A stretch of 64,000 bases of DNA from Candidatus Latescibacterota bacterium (GTDB lineage: Bacteria > Latescibacterota > UBA2968 > UBA8231): assembly GCA_965206595.1 (NCBI GenBank), contig OZ242214.1, positions 1,984,001 to 2,048,000 on the forward strand, written 5' to 3'. A program made the translations under genes and the position numbers. Shown piece by piece: positions 21,802-32,912 of the stretch. Below the pieces are notes generated by a model. It did no database searches. It saw only the letters and a list, made by a program, of their open reading frames with translations, and had not been told where the DNA came from. The first letter of the stretch is position 1, and each line of letters starts with the position of its first letter.

Positions 21802-23097
21802 TCAGACTACAACAAACCGGTTCGCGTTCTCCGCGACCTTGCGAAAAGCGTCGGCGTACTGGCCTATGATCTCGGGCTCGCAGCGCTTGAACCAGGGAAT
21901 CGAATAGCAACACTCGTTGATCGATTCCGTGATCGGCAGGCTGCCGGCCGGCTGTCTTAGGTCCCGGTCGCTGTTGGCGATCCGCGTCGGCACCCCGTGG
22001 CCGTAAATGTCGGCGTCGTTGAGCACCGGGTGGAGATGCATCGCCGACACCCCGGCCCCGGGCCTCACCTGAAAGCCACCACCGGCAATCTCGGCGTTCA
22101 CCGCCTCGCAGAAGCGGGCGAGTGGGAGCCCGTTCAGCTCCTCGGCCCGGTAAAGGCCCCGGGCGGAGTAGAAGCCGCCCATGGTGCTGTCGCTGTCCCG
22201 AGGGGGCATGTGAGGACGCAGCCCCCTGACCCCCTCAAGCCGGTCCCAGAAGCAGTACATCGCCTTGCGGATTTCCGCCAGCCGGCCGCGGTATCGGCGC
22301 AATTGAACGCGCCCGATCGCGGAGGAGAGCTGGTGAATCCGGTACTTGCAGCCCCCAAGCGGGTAGCCGGCGAACGGAGCCAGCTCCGGATCGGAGAGGG
22401 TGCGGGAACGGGCGTAGTGACCGAAGGCGAGGGCGCGGTTGAAGATCTTCTCCTGAGCGGTGACCAGGAACCCTCCCTCGCCGGAAACCAGGGACTTCCC
22501 GGACATTATCGACATCGCTCCGACGTCTCCGATGGTGCCGAGCAGCCTGCCCTTGTACTCCCCTCCCTGGGCGTGCGACACGTCTTCGATGACCTTGAGA
22601 CCGTGCTTCTTCGCGATCTTCATGATCGCATCCATGTCGCTGGGGTAGCTGCTGAGGTGAACGGCGACGATAGCCCGAGTGCGGGAAGTAATCCGGTGCT
22701 CGATATCGGCCGGATCGATGGTCAGGGTCTGCGGATCGACCTCGGCGAAAACGACGGTGGCCCCGAGTGAGAAGACCTGAAGCACCGATCCCCAGTAGGT
22801 CAGACTCTGGCAGATCACCTCGTCGCCGATCCCCACCCCACATCCGTACAGCGCGCCCTGGATCGCCGCCGTTCCGGTGTTGTGGCACAGAACGTGGGGG
22901 AGGCCGAACCACTCCCCCAGCTCCTTCTCGAACTCCAGGGTGACCTCGAAGTCCGACATGGCGCCGCGGCGGAGGACATCGAGCACCGCTTCCTCGTCCT
23001 CCCTGGTAATGACGGGCCACCGGAACAGGTCGCCTGGATCCGCGGTCAGGGCAGGCTCCCCCCCGTGCAGGGCGAGATCGTTGCCTCCGACGTTCAT
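21802..23097 (-). CDS. DegT/DnrJ/EryC1/StrS family PLP aminotransferase
   Basis: NTGTAA, GDEVI, IEDVSHAQG, SIMSGKSL..GEGG. Confidence 0.9.
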   Translation of the reverse strand: MNVGGNDLALHGGEPALTADPGDLFRWPVITREDEEAVLDVLRRGAMSDFEVTLEFEKELGEWFGLPHVLCHNTGTAAIQGALYGCGVGIGDEVICQSLTYWGSVLQVFSLGATVVFAEVDPQTLTIDPADIEHRITSRTRAIVAVHLSSYPSDMDAIMKIAKKHGLKVIEDVSHAQGGEYKGRLLGTIGDVGAMSIMSGKSLVSGEGGFLVTAQEKIFNRALAFGHYARSRTLSDPELAPFAGYPLGGCKYRIHQLSSAIGRVQLRRYRGRLAEIRKAMYCFWDRLEGVRGLRPHMPPRDSDSTMGGFYSARGLYRAEELNGLPLARFCEAVNAEIAGGGFQVRPGAGVSAMHLHPVLNDADIYGHGVPTRIANSDRDLRQPAGSLPITESINECCYSIPWFKRCEPEIIGQYADAFRKVAENANRFVVV

Positions 23098-24066
23098 TCA
23101 GGAGCCGGCCGCCGCGAGCCGTTTCTCCAACTGCCGGGTCGTGGGCATGCGGTCGTACTCCCACACGTGCCTGACCACGCCGTCCTGGATCCAGGCCAGG
23201 CGCGGCCAACCGTGGCCCGCAGTAAGGCGCATCCAGTCCGACGACGATATCGTCGCTATGTCGAAGCGGGGTTTCATCTGCCCTATGAACTCCTTGAGCT
23301 CAGGAGAGTCCTGGGCGTACTCGTTGAGGCCGATGAGGCGCGGCAGACTGCCGGACGCCGCCCAGCGGTTGAGCTTGGGCACCGCCTTTTTGCAACGCGG
23401 ACACTTCGGGTTGAACAGCTCGATGAGGTAGCTTCCCGAGGCCAGATCGACTTCGACTCCTTTGAGCTCCAGTCCACGCAAGGTCATTCCGGGCTTCAGG
23501 TCCGAACCTGCGAGCCGGTCCGCCTGGGGATAGAAGCGCAACCCGGTGACGGCCAGTGCGACGAGAGCCCCGACGCCGGCGAGCAGAGGGGCCCTCGCCA
23601 GTCCGGGGCGCGGCCATCGCAGGGTCCCCCTCCACCACCCGACCAGCAACAACCCGAGCATCACCGCGTCCTCGGCCACGGCCTGGCCTGGAGAGCGCTC
23701 CGCCAGGACACCGAAGCAGCCGCAGTCGACGTTCGCGCCGGTTCGCCAGGCGTAGAACGTCAGCCCCAGAAACAGTGCCATCATCACCACGGCCACGGGA
23801 TAAATCAAACGCGGCCTCCAGTTTAGCAGGAGAGCCAGCCCGACCGCGGTCTCGACCGGACCGAGGTAGACGGCCGCGGAGCCGAGGTTGTGCCACATCT
23901 GGCGGTCCACTGTGAGCATATCGAGATAGGAGACCACCTCCCAGTAGAAGATGACCGGGTCCCATGACTTGGCGGCACCGGCTGTCAGAAAGACCAGCCC
24001 CATCGCCACCCGCGCCAGCGCCGCGAGCTTGGATAGGAGTGATGCTTCGAGAGGAACCGCCGTCAT
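23098..24066 (-). CDS. MauE/DoxX membrane protein fused to a thioredoxin-like domain
   Basis: G.VFL.AG.AK, VETAVG, DCGCFG, C-terminal CPRC and GWP (cis-Pro) motifs. Confidence 0.8.
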   Translation of the reverse strand: MTAVPLEASLLSKLAALARVAMGLVFLTAGAAKSWDPVIFYWEVVSYLDMLTVDRQMWHNLGSAAVYLGPVETAVGLALLLNWRPRLIYPVAVVMMALFLGLTFYAWRTGANVDCGCFGVLAERSPGQAVAEDAVMLGLLLVGWWRGTLRWPRPGLARAPLLAGVGALVALAVTGLRFYPQADRLAGSDLKPGMTLRGLELKGVEVDLASGSYLIELFNPKCPRCKKAVPKLNRWAASGSLPRLIGLNEYAQDSPELKEFIGQMKPRFDIATISSSDWMRLTAGHGWPRLAWIQDGVVRHVWEYDRMPTTRQLEKRLAAAGS

Positions 24067-24194
24067 TTCGCCCCTGCCGTGTGAGTGCATGGTCATAAGC
24101 CACTGTTTGTGTTTGGTAGTTGAGGGAGGCCACATTTCGCAGGATCGATCTTCCCCTTCCGCCTTCCGAACCTAAGGAAATTAAGCGGCCGCAA

Positions 24195-25033
24195 CTAAAA
24201 TTGCGGCGTGGACCCGCCCGGATCTGGATTTTCCCGCTGCCCCGGCGCCGTCAATTCCCCCGCGACACCTGTAAAGATCGGGGTGCTCATCAGGGTCGAG
24301 CTGTCGCTGGAAGCCAGCATCCCAGGACTGAAACCTTCACCCGGCTCGGCGCCCCTCGTCAGCTTCTCCAGGCGAAAGCTCATCTCCACCTGTCCCGGGA
24401 CTACCACGAGCTCCTCCCTGGAACCCGCGCACCCCCGGCCGCCGGAATCTCGAATTGAGGAATTCCTGACATGTCGTCGAGGCGTTGGTCGGCAATCCCT
24501 TTGTTGTCGATCTTCCCCGTTCGCCAGACCAGCTTCCTGCGGTTGCCGCCGAGATTGCCGACGAGCTTGGTCCCACTGCTTCCTGGATTCGGTTGCAGTG
24601 ATGTCGCCTGGGTACAGGGCGGTGAACCCCCGTGTATCCCCGTCAGTAGGAGATCCTCGACGTGCGCATCCGTGACACCCGCCTCCATCCGGGGCACCGA
24701 TCCCGTCCCCGGGTGGGCAAGAAAAACCCATGCCGCAGGGGGGCACACGTAGTCGAAGTAGCGCTGAACCGGGTCCGCCCCAGGTCTCCAAGGAGGGGGC
24801 GGTTACCAGCACTTTGAAAGGGTGAGTCCGTTGTTTACCGGTCAGGCACAGGAACCACGGCCCCGCATGCCCGGGGCCCGAGCAGGAAGATGTAGCCAGC
24901 CCTGCCCAGGGCAATTGCAGGAAGAAGCTGGATCAGTGCAGGCTCAGAAATCGGGGCAGGTACCCGCTCTGCCAGGTCAGGCACGCCGCGGGCAGGATGA
25001 GGTCGACGATTCCGGCAACGGTTCTTTCTCCTC
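24195..25033 (-). pseudogene. Probable heavily degraded gene of unknown family
   Basis: GAGGAG RBS + TTG at 25018, then protein-like fragments alternating between frames across about 800 bp with no intact ORF. Confidence 0.35.
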
Positions 25034-25149
25034 ACTTCCGGCCTGCCGAGTGGAAGGTGCGGTTCCGCATGCCAAACATGGGGGTGAACGCCTTCGAAAT
25101 GGTGGCGTTCGAATGCGGCGGCGGGGCGCCGTGCCGAAACACGCAGCTG

Positions 25150-25947
25150 TCAGCGGCGGCCGGTCTCGCGTCGGGGTTTGCGGCCGTAGGTGATCGGGGC
25201 CTCCTTGTCCAGCCCCATTGGTTTATTTAGGTGCGACGGCTCCCCGACGGTTTCCTGAAACTCCCTGCCGGAGACCCTGTCCGCCTCTTCAGATGCCGCC
25301 TTCGGTCCTCCCTCCCCTGACCGCCGCCCCCGCGGCCTCGAGCGCTCGCCGCGGCGGTCGACTGGGGCCGCCTCCGCCTCCAAGCCGCTCACCTCCCCCA
25401 CGAATTCTGCGGGAATTTCCCGGGAAAGAATCACCTCTCCCCGGGCGTAGAACTCGATACCGCCCTCTTCGAAAGCCCGCTTTGCCTCGATTTCGACGAC
25501 GCACGGTACCCCCTCCTCGTGGCTGCGCGACTCGGCCATTTCCCTGGTCATGCTCAAGTGAAGATAGGAGCGGTCGACCGGACGCAGCCCTTCCTCGGCC
25601 ACCCTGCGGCCCGCATTGACAGTGGTCCCCATGAACAGCTTTTCCGGCGGCGGGTCGATCGGATCGTCGTCGATCTCCAAGTAGAAACTGTGGCCGTACA
25701 GGGCCCGGATGTAGTCCTCGACGATTTCGAACCGCTTTGGCTTCGAATCATCTACGAGCCTGCGAATATCCTCCTCGCCTACTTCGGAATAACGCTGCTG
25801 CACCGCCTCGGTAACCTCGTCGAGGGGGATATACCCGTATTCGTCCATATTGAGTCCGAATTCGTCCGGTCGGTGGCGCAGAATCAGGGACAGCAACTTC
25901 GAAATACGACGCCGGTCCACACCTCTTCTGGGTCTCTCTCTTTGCAT
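25150..25947 (-). CDS. kptA: RNA 2'-phosphotransferase (Tpt1/KptA family)
   Basis: SKLLSLILRH, KRFE, IRALYGHS, GLRP..RSYLHLS. Confidence 0.85.
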   Translation of the reverse strand: MQRERPRRGVDRRRISKLLSLILRHRPDEFGLNMDEYGYIPLDEVTEAVQQRYSEVGEEDIRRLVDDSKPKRFEIVEDYIRALYGHSFYLEIDDDPIDPPPEKLFMGTTVNAGRRVAEEGLRPVDRSYLHLSMTREMAESRSHEEGVPCVVEIEAKRAFEEGGIEFYARGEVILSREIPAEFVGEVSGLEAEAAPVDRRGERSRPRGRRSGEGGPKAASEEADRVSGREFQETVGEPSHLNKPMGLDKEAPITYGRKPRRETGRR

Positions 25948-25983
25948 CTCGCTATCTGTTCTGTTTTTGCGTTCGACAGTTGC

Positions 25984-26433
25984 CTACGACCACTGATCGC
26001 GATAAGTATCGATTTCCCGGGCGATCTTCTCGTCCGACAACGCCAGGATCTGCGCCGCCAGCATGGCGGCGTTACGGGCGTTGTCGATCCCGACAGTGGC
26101 TACCGGAATTCCCGGCGGCATCTGCACGATCGAGTAGAGTGAATCCAATCCATTTAGGGCCCCAGACGCTACCGGCACCCCAATTACCGGAACCGTCGTA
26201 TGTGCCGCCAAAACACCGGGCAGGGCCGCCGCCAATCCCGCGCCGGCGATCAGTACCCGCAGTCCCCTGCCGCGCGCTTCTCGGGCGTACTCCGCAGTTC
26301 GCCCCGGGTTCCGATGCGCAGAAGAAACCACCATCTCGTACTCGACGCCGAGCTCGTCCAGGAGGTCGGCTCCTTTCTGCATGGTGGGTTCATCCGATTT
26401 ACTCCCCATAACTATGCCAACCTCGACAGCCAT
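25984..26433 (-). CDS. purE: N5-CAIR mutase PurE
   Basis: [45 protein letters not shown]. Confidence 0.97.
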   Translation of the reverse strand: MAVEVGIVMGSKSDEPTMQKGADLLDELGVEYEMVVSSAHRNPGRTAEYAREARGRGLRVLIAGAGLAAALPGVLAAHTTVPVIGVPVASGALNGLDSLYSIVQMPPGIPVATVGIDNARNAAMLAAQILALSDEKIAREIDTYRDQWS

Positions 26434-26613
26434 TCGCTCCGCTCCCTGGTCCGATGTAGGCTCGCGGCGCATAAACTGTATCGGAACAACCAGATATGGG
26501 CCGCGCTAAAGCTCCTTTGTCCGGGCGCAAATGACAAAAAGGGGTAAATCGCTGTCAAGAGGGGGTCCGCAGACCGGCGGGCGGCACCCCCACCCATGAA
26601 GGGAGCCGGGGTG

Positions 26614-27762
26614 TCAATCCATTTTATGCCGCAGGATGGCGGGGTAGTCGAGATCGCCATTCCAGGTGGAATCTTTCTCTTCGGCATCCTCGCTTGTGGC
26701 CCGGGAAAACCCTCCGAACTCCGGCTGCATCGCCTCCTGCAAGGGGCGCTGCTGTCGCCTGGGAACCTCTTTCTCTTCGAGGTTTTCGTAGCGGTTCGCC
26801 CTCTTGTTGAGGTAAAAGCCAGTGGCTATGACGGTGACGCGCATTTCGTCGACCAGGTCTTCGTCGATTACGGTTCCGAAGATGATGTTGGCGTCATGTC
26901 CGGCAGATTCCTGGATGATCGAGGCCGCTTCATTGGCCTCGTATAGAGTGAGGTTCGAGCTGGAGGTAATGTTGATCAGGGCTCCCCTTGCACCCTCGAT
27001 GGAGACGTCTTCGAGCAGCGGACTGCTGATCGCTTTCTTCGCCGCTTCGAGAGAGCGGGTCTCCCCCTTGTGAGAACCAACGCCGATCATGGCGTCCCCC
27101 CCTTCGGTGATGACCGTCTTCACGTCGTTGAAATCAAGGTTGATCATGCCGGGAATGGTGATGAGGTCGGAGATCCCGCGCGTCGCCTGCAGCAGCACTT
27201 CGTCGGCACCGGCGAATGCTTCCTCGAGCGAGGTGTCGCGCGAGCAGATGGAAAGCAGGCGCTGATTCTTAATCACTATGAGCGTATCGACGTGCTCCTG
27301 CATCTCGGAGATCCCGGTCAGGGCATTGCGCATGCGCGGAAACCCTTCGAACTGGAACGGCTCCGTGACGATACCCACTGTCAAGGCCCCTTGATCCCTG
27401 GCGAGCTCGGCAACGACGGGAGCCGCCCCGGTTCCGGTTCCGCCCCCCATTCCGGCTGTGATGAATACGAGATCCGTGTCGGCGAGATGTTCGAGGACCT
27501 TGTCCCGGTCTTCTTCGATCGCCTGGCGTCCGATCTCCGGCTTGGCACCGGCGCCGAGTCCGCGGGTGATGTTGTCCCCGATGATGAGGCAGTGATCGGC
27601 CTTCGAGACGTCCAGGTCCTGACTGTCGGTGTTGATGGCGATGAATTCGACGCCGTGAACTCCCGCGTCAACCATGCGGTTAATCGCGTTTCCTCCCGCC
27701 CCGCCTACCCCAAGCACCTTGATACTCGCCTTCTGGTCGTAATCGAGAATCTTAAACGTCAT
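26614..27762 (-). CDS. ftsZ: Cell division protein FtsZ
   Basis: [27 protein letters not shown]-terminal LDYPAILR. Confidence 0.98.
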   Translation of the reverse strand: MTFKILDYDQKASIKVLGVGGAGGNAINRMVDAGVHGVEFIAINTDSQDLDVSKADHCLIIGDNITRGLGAGAKPEIGRQAIEEDRDKVLEHLADTDLVFITAGMGGGTGTGAAPVVAELARDQGALTVGIVTEPFQFEGFPRMRNALTGISEMQEHVDTLIVIKNQRLLSICSRDTSLEEAFAGADEVLLQATRGISDLITIPGMINLDFNDVKTVITEGGDAMIGVGSHKGETRSLEAAKKAISSPLLEDVSIEGARGALINITSSSNLTLYEANEAASIIQESAGHDANIIFGTVIDEDLVDEMRVTVIATGFYLNKRANRYENLEEKEVPRRQQRPLQEAMQPEFGGFSRATSEDAEEKDSTWNGDLDYPAILRHKMD

Positions 27763-27852
27763 TTTTTCCTCCTTTGAGGGGACTGTGGGTTGAGGGCTGT
27801 CGCAGCGACTGCCCTCCTTCGGTTGATTTTCACGCTTCGGAGTATTCGCCGC

Positions 27853-29097
27853 CTACAGGAACATCGTTATCCAATTCCTCATGCGGCCGGCAGCTGTCTC
27901 GAGGAAGCCTGGACTGGTTCCTTCCCGGTACTGGCGGAAACCGCAGCTGTCCGCATCGTCGGCCGCCATCAGCACCAACCCCAGGACAGTCGCAAAGCAA
28001 GGATTCGCCAAACCTTCGCCGACGCCGGGAAACGCGGCCGGAACTCCCAGCCTTACCGGAATTCCGATTGATCTCTCGGCGAGCTCAGCCGCTCCCTCGA
28101 CGAGGGCCCCACCTCCGGTCAGCACGATTCCCGCACCCAAGCGGTCGCCGTACCCGCTGTTCTCGATCTCTCGCCGGACCATGGCGAAGATCTCTTCCAT
28201 GCGCGCCTCGATTATGGTTGCGAGATCCCTTTTCGCGACCTCCACCGGTTTGCGTCCCGACACTCCCTTCAGTTCGACGATGCCGTTTTCGTCGGCGCAC
28301 TCCGGCAGGGCCGTCCCGTAGCGGCACTTCAGGTCCTCCGCCAGGGACCAACTGGTGCGCAGGCAGATCGCGATGTCGCTGGTGGCGTTCTGTCCTCCGA
28401 CGCCGACCACGGTGGTGCGGCGTACCGAGCCCTCGGAATGAATCGCCAGATCGGTTGTGCCGCCTCCGATATCGACGACGCAAACCCCAACCTCCCTCTC
28501 CTCTTCCCGCAATACCGCGCGGCTGGATGCCAGCGGCTCGAGAATAAGGCCGTTCACCTCGATCTCCGTTCGCTGGATGTTCCTGCTGATGTTGCGCACC
28601 GAGGTGACGGCCCCCGTGACGATGTGCACCGAAGACTCGAGGCGTACCCCCGTCATGCCAACGGGGTCACGGATGCCGGTCTGGTTGTCGATTGAGAATT
28701 CCTGAGGGAGCACGTGAAGGACCTCGCGATCGAAAGGAATCGCCACGGTCCGGGCGGCTTCGACGACTCGGTTTCGATCCTCCTCGGTGATCTCGAGCCC
28801 GCCGTCGTCGCCTACCGCGATCGAGCCCCGGCTGTCGAAACCACGAATGTGTTCACCTGAGATGCCGGCATACACGGCCTCTATTTCAATACCTGCCATC
28901 AGCTCGGCCTGGTGCACCGCCCCCTTCACCGCTTGCACGGTCTTTTCCGCGTCGACAACCGTCCCCCTGCGCAAGCCATCGGAGGGGGTGCGCCCGTACC
29001 CGATGATTTCGACACCCTCCGCTCCGAGCTCTGCAATGACGACGGAGATTTTGGTCGTTCCGAGATCGAGCCCAACTACTCTGTTGTCGCGTCGCAT
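27853..29097 (-). CDS. ftsA: Cell division protein FtsA (dcw copy)
   Basis: GLDLGTTK, DPVGMTGVRLE, DIGGGTTD, IIEARMEE, VLTGGG; lies between ftsQ and ftsZ. Confidence 0.97.
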   Translation of the reverse strand: MRRDNRVVGLDLGTTKISVVIAELGAEGVEIIGYGRTPSDGLRRGTVVDAEKTVQAVKGAVHQAELMAGIEIEAVYAGISGEHIRGFDSRGSIAVGDDGGLEITEEDRNRVVEAARTVAIPFDREVLHVLPQEFSIDNQTGIRDPVGMTGVRLESSVHIVTGAVTSVRNISRNIQRTEIEVNGLILEPLASSRAVLREEEREVGVCVVDIGGGTTDLAIHSEGSVRRTTVVGVGGQNATSDIAICLRTSWSLAEDLKCRYGTALPECADENGIVELKGVSGRKPVEVAKRDLATIIEARMEEIFAMVRREIENSGYGDRLGAGIVLTGGGALVEGAAELAERSIGIPVRLGVPAAFPGVGEGLANPCFATVLGLVLMAADDADSCGFRQYREGTSPGFLETAAGRMRNWITMFL

Positions 29098-29100
29098 TGA

Positions 29101-29961
29101 TCAACCGCCCATCTGTCGACGACGCCTGGTTTTGGCGGCGAGACGCGGTCCGACGACGACTTGGCCGTCGTAACGCAGGTCGACGTACGCAGGGGGGAAA
29201 CCCTTCTTCCCGTAGATCCGGCTCATCATCCGCTTCAGGAGACGCATGTGCTTTGCCGCCTCGGTCGCCGGCACCCTGACCTCCAAGCCGTCAGCAACCA
29301 TCCTCAGAGCCAGGGCTCCGTCCGACAGCGGTTCGATCGTCGAAACGTTGCGGCTGAAGGAGCTGTCTCCATGCACCGCTTCGGTCAGCCAGCCCAGAAT
29401 CGCGTAGAGCGACGAATCGGGGATCACATCTCCGGATTGCAGCGAGTCCCAGCCGGCGCCCTCACACCGGATCACGGGCAGGTCGAGGTCGGCGATTCGC
29501 TCCCCGGGCAGCGGGCGGGCGGGCAGGACTATTCCCTCGGCATCGACCCCGAAGGGATCGCCGCCTGCGTCGAGCCAGGCCAAGCGCCGCCGCTCTTTGA
29601 CAGCAACGTAAATGCGATCGGGAGGACGCACGTGAGCGCGCGCGCTCCTGATCCAGGGCAGCTCCTCGAGTCGGCTGGCCAGCGAATCGAGGTCCACGGC
29701 GAAAATGTTGTCCCCCGCCCGCAGTCTGCTGGCGGCACGAATGTCCGCACCCGACAAGGTTCGGAGTCCGCGAACCTCGAGCGCCGCGAGCCGCAAATCC
29801 CTCGATTCGGAGATCTCCGCGCCAACCCATGCTGCCCCGCCGACCGCGGCCGCGGCTACTACGGCGACGAGCAACCTGCGACCGCGCGTGCCGCTCCCCT
29901 CCCTGTGCGGATAGGCTCCTCCGACTCTCACCATTCGTCGGGCTCGCAAGCGTCGCGTCAC
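29101..29961 (-). CDS. ftsQ: Cell division protein FtsQ/DivIB
   Basis: TM helix, POTRA domain (LEELPWIRSA...PD...ER), YVDLRY; dcw position. Confidence 0.9.
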   Translation of the reverse strand: MTRRLRARRMVRVGGAYPHREGSGTRGRRLLVAVVAAAAVGGAAWVGAEISESRDLRLAALEVRGLRTLSGADIRAASRLRAGDNIFAVDLDSLASRLEELPWIRSARAHVRPPDRIYVAVKERRRLAWLDAGGDPFGVDAEGIVLPARPLPGERIADLDLPVIRCEGAGWDSLQSGDVIPDSSLYAILGWLTEAVHGDSSFSRNVSTIEPLSDGALALRMVADGLEVRVPATEAAKHMRLLKRMMSRIYGKKGFPPAYVDLRYDGQVVVGPRLAAKTRRRRQMGG

Positions 29962-31391
29962 GGTCGGGGCCCTGAACCTGTTTGCCTCGCCAGGAGATCG
30001 ACCGTCTTCTTCGCCGCCTCTCCGATATCCCCCGCACCGAGAAAGAGAACGAGATCGCCGGGAACGCAGACCGCCGCTACTGCGGCCGGGAGATCGAGCT
30101 TGTTCGGAGTGTACTGAACCGGTTCATACCCATGCTGCCTCATGGCATCGCGCAGGGAGCCGGCGCTCCCTCCCTCTGCCCCGCTCTCCCGGGCTCCGTA
30201 CACGTCGGTGAGAAAGACGCGGTCAGCTGCCATCAGCGCCGCGGCGAACTGTTGCAGGAACACCCGTGTTCTCGAAAACAGGTGCGGCTGGAATGTCGCG
30301 GTTACCGGCCTCTTCATGACCCGGGCGGCCTCAATGGCCGCGCCGACCTCGGTCGGGTGGTGGGCGTAGTCTTCGACGACGAGAATGCCGCCGGCTTCTC
30401 CCTTGATCTCGAAGCGCCGCTCGACTCCGGTAAAACCGGAAAGGGCCGACCTGATCGCCTCGGCGTCGACCCCGAGCGAATGGGCTGCGGCCGCAGCCGC
30501 AGCCGCGTTCATCACGTTGTGACGACCTGGCACGCCGACCGAGATTTCGACCGCCTCCCCTGTTGGCGAATCGGTACTCAGCCTGAAACGGCTTCCGAGC
30601 GCCGCAAGTTCGATCTCCTCGGGCCGGTACTCGTTTGACGGATCGATGCCGAAGGCCGCGACAGACTTTCCCGCCAGCCTTCCGGAAACGGTCCGGCACC
30701 CCGGATCATCGCCGTTGAGAAGCAGGAGCCCGCCGGCAGGCGTCCCTGAGGCGAACTCCGCAAAAGCGTCGACGACCTCCTCTTCGCTGCGGTAGGTGTC
30801 GACGAGATGCTCGGCCTCGACGTTTGTTATGAGGGCCATCCACGGCTTCAGGTGCAGAAAACCGCGGTCGTATTCATCCGCTTCGAGGACGAGGAGCTCA
30901 CCGCTTCCCAGTCCGGCGAGAGCGCGACCGTCTTTGCGGCCACCGATGAGGCGGGAGGGATCACAGCCGCTTTCCCGCAGGATCTCGAACAGCATGCTGG
31001 CCGTCGTCGTCTTGCCGTGGGTGCCGGCTACGGCGACCGTGCGGAACGAGTGCGACAGATCGGCTACCAGCCGTGCCCGGGAAACGGTGTCGATACCGAG
31101 GAGGCGAGCCGCGGCCAATTCCGGGTTTTCCCGTGGCACCGCGGCTGAGTAGACCATGAGAGAAACATCTTCGCAGACGAAATCTGCGCTGTGCCCGGCC
31201 TGCACCGCGACGCCGTCCGCTTCCAGATTGTCCAGCGCCGGCGAGGGATCCCGGTCCGATCCGCTGACCTTGCATCCGAGCTGCATCAGCAGACGGGCCA
31301 GACCCTCCATACCCACGCCGCCGACTCCGACGAGATGGACATGGGCGCCGGAGTCCGCCAAGGCGCGCAGTCGCTGGTCGTTCAGTCTCAT
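29958..31391 (-). CDS. murC: UDP-N-acetylmuramate--L-alanine ligase
   Basis: GVGGVGM, VAGTHGKTTT, EADEYD, DYAHHPTE, FQPHLFSRT. Confidence 0.95.
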   Translation of the reverse strand: MRLNDQRLRALADSGAHVHLVGVGGVGMEGLARLLMQLGCKVSGSDRDPSPALDNLEADGVAVQAGHSADFVCEDVSLMVYSAAVPRENPELAAARLLGIDTVSRARLVADLSHSFRTVAVAGTHGKTTTASMLFEILRESGCDPSRLIGGRKDGRALAGLGSGELLVLEADEYDRGFLHLKPWMALITNVEAEHLVDTYRSEEEVVDAFAEFASGTPAGGLLLLNGDDPGCRTVSGRLAGKSVAAFGIDPSNEYRPEEIELAALGSRFRLSTDSPTGEAVEISVGVPGRHNVMNAAAAAAAAHSLGVDAEAIRSALSGFTGVERRFEIKGEAGGILVVEDYAHHPTEVGAAIEAARVMKRPVTATFQPHLFSRTRVFLQQFAAALMAADRVFLTDVYGARESGAEGGSAGSLRDAMRQHGYEPVQYTPNKLDLPAAVAAVCVPGDLVLFLGAGDIGEAAKKTVDLLARQTGSGPRP

Positions 31392-32617
31392 CGCACCGCC
31401 ACCGAAGCATTCGCCACGACCGGCATTCCAGGGGTCGACTGCGCGGCTCTGAGCGGCCTCAGCCTTCGCAGAAGGCTGCCGAACCGGGACAGCCTTGCTG
31501 CGGAAAACGGTGACGGGGGCTGCCCGGTCTCTCGGGCGACCGCGGCGAGAATCCCGATTCCGCTGAGATTCCACAGCAGTGAGGAACCTCCGTAACTGAC
31601 CAGCGGCAGCGGCAGTCCCGTGGTCGGCAGAATGCCGGTGACCACGCCGACGTTGATCGCCGCATACACCGAGATCATGACCGTGATCCCGGCCGCGACC
31701 AAGAATCCGTGATAGGTCTGGGCATCGCAGGCGATGCGATATCCGTGGATGGCGACGGCGGCGAAGAGGGCGATCACGCTCAGCGAGCCCGCCAGCCCCA
31801 GTTCTTCCCCGATAAAGGCAAAGACGAAGTCAGTGTGCGGCTCGGGCAGGAAGTACTTCTGGACGCTGTCACCCAGGCCGACCCCCAAAAACCCACCGCT
31901 GCCCAGAGCGAGCAGCGACTGGGAGACCTGAAAGCCCGCTCCCCGGGGATCGGCACCGTGAAGGAAGCTGGTCAAACGCTGCATCTGGTAGGGAGAACTG
32001 ACCAGGGACCAGGCGACAAATGGGACCACCGCCCCGGCCGCGGCGGCAAGGTGACCCGCCCCTGCCCCTCCGAGCCAGAGCATGATCATCGAGATGACTC
32101 CGATGGCGATGGCCGTGCCCAGATCCGGCTGCAGGACGATGAGCACCTGGACCGCGCCAAGAATCAGCAGACGGGGCAGAAGCCCGGTGCGCCAGTCTCC
32201 CATCCGCTGCTGATGACGCACCATGACATCGGCCAAGTAGAGAACGAGGGCGAGCTTCACGAATTCGGAAGGTTGAAACGACAGGCGAAACTTCTCCAGG
32301 GGAAGGGGAAAGGGCAGCCATCGCGACGCTCCCTTTCCCTGCCCGAAGACCAGAACCAGAACCAGCAGGGCGAGCCCTGCGAGCATCATGGGGCGGGCGG
32401 CTCGCTGCCAGATCTTCAGCGGCAGGCGAGACAGGATGAACATGATGCCGAGACCTATGGCCGCCCTGATTATCTGCCTTACCAGGAAGAAGCTGCTGTC
32501 GGCGTAACGCGTTTCCGCCAGGACGGAGCTGGAGCTATAGACCATCACCACTCCGAGGCCGACCAAGATAACTGCGATCAGAAGAATCTGGTTGCTTGCG
32601 CGCTGTGCGGCATTCAC
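31388..32617 (-). CDS. ftsW: Peptidoglycan glycosyltransferase FtsW
   Basis: GVVMVYSSS, GASRW, FQPSEFVK, QPDLGT, LPEPHTDF, PTTGLPLPLVSYGGSS; GTG start inferred. Confidence 0.95.
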   Translation of the reverse strand: MNAAQRASNQILLIAVILVGLGVVMVYSSSSVLAETRYADSSFFLVRQIIRAAIGLGIMFILSRLPLKIWQRAARPMMLAGLALLVLVLVFGQGKGASRWLPFPLPLEKFRLSFQPSEFVKLALVLYLADVMVRHQQRMGDWRTGLLPRLLILGAVQVLIVLQPDLGTAIAIGVISMIMLWLGGAGAGHLAAAAGAVVPFVAWSLVSSPYQMQRLTSFLHGADPRGAGFQVSQSLLALGSGGFLGVGLGDSVQKYFLPEPHTDFVFAFIGEELGLAGSLSVIALFAAVAIHGYRIACDAQTYHGFLVAAGITVMISVYAAINVGVVTGILPTTGLPLPLVSYGGSSLLWNLSGIGILAAVARETGQPPSPFSAARLSRFGSLLRRLRPLRAAQSTPGMPVVANASVAVR

Positions 32618-32912
32618 GGTCTTGCCGATTCCGTTTCGACCCGCGGGACGTGCGGTCGACGCCGCCTGCGACCCGCGGTCACAACTGCTACAGATCCGCA
32701 AGCGGACCTGCGGTCGGAAGAGGGAGAAGCCGCGACCTGCGCTGTCACTGCCGAACTGCGCGGCAGTGCATCCGGGCAGGGCGCGAGTCATTGCGTGGGG
32801 GTGCCGGACACCGGGTGAGGAAACCCGGAGGGGCCAGATGAAGCGGGAACTTCACCTGCCCTAACTCGCCCTTGGGCGAAATGACCGCTTTTAAGAGGCC
32901 TTGATGTTAAAT

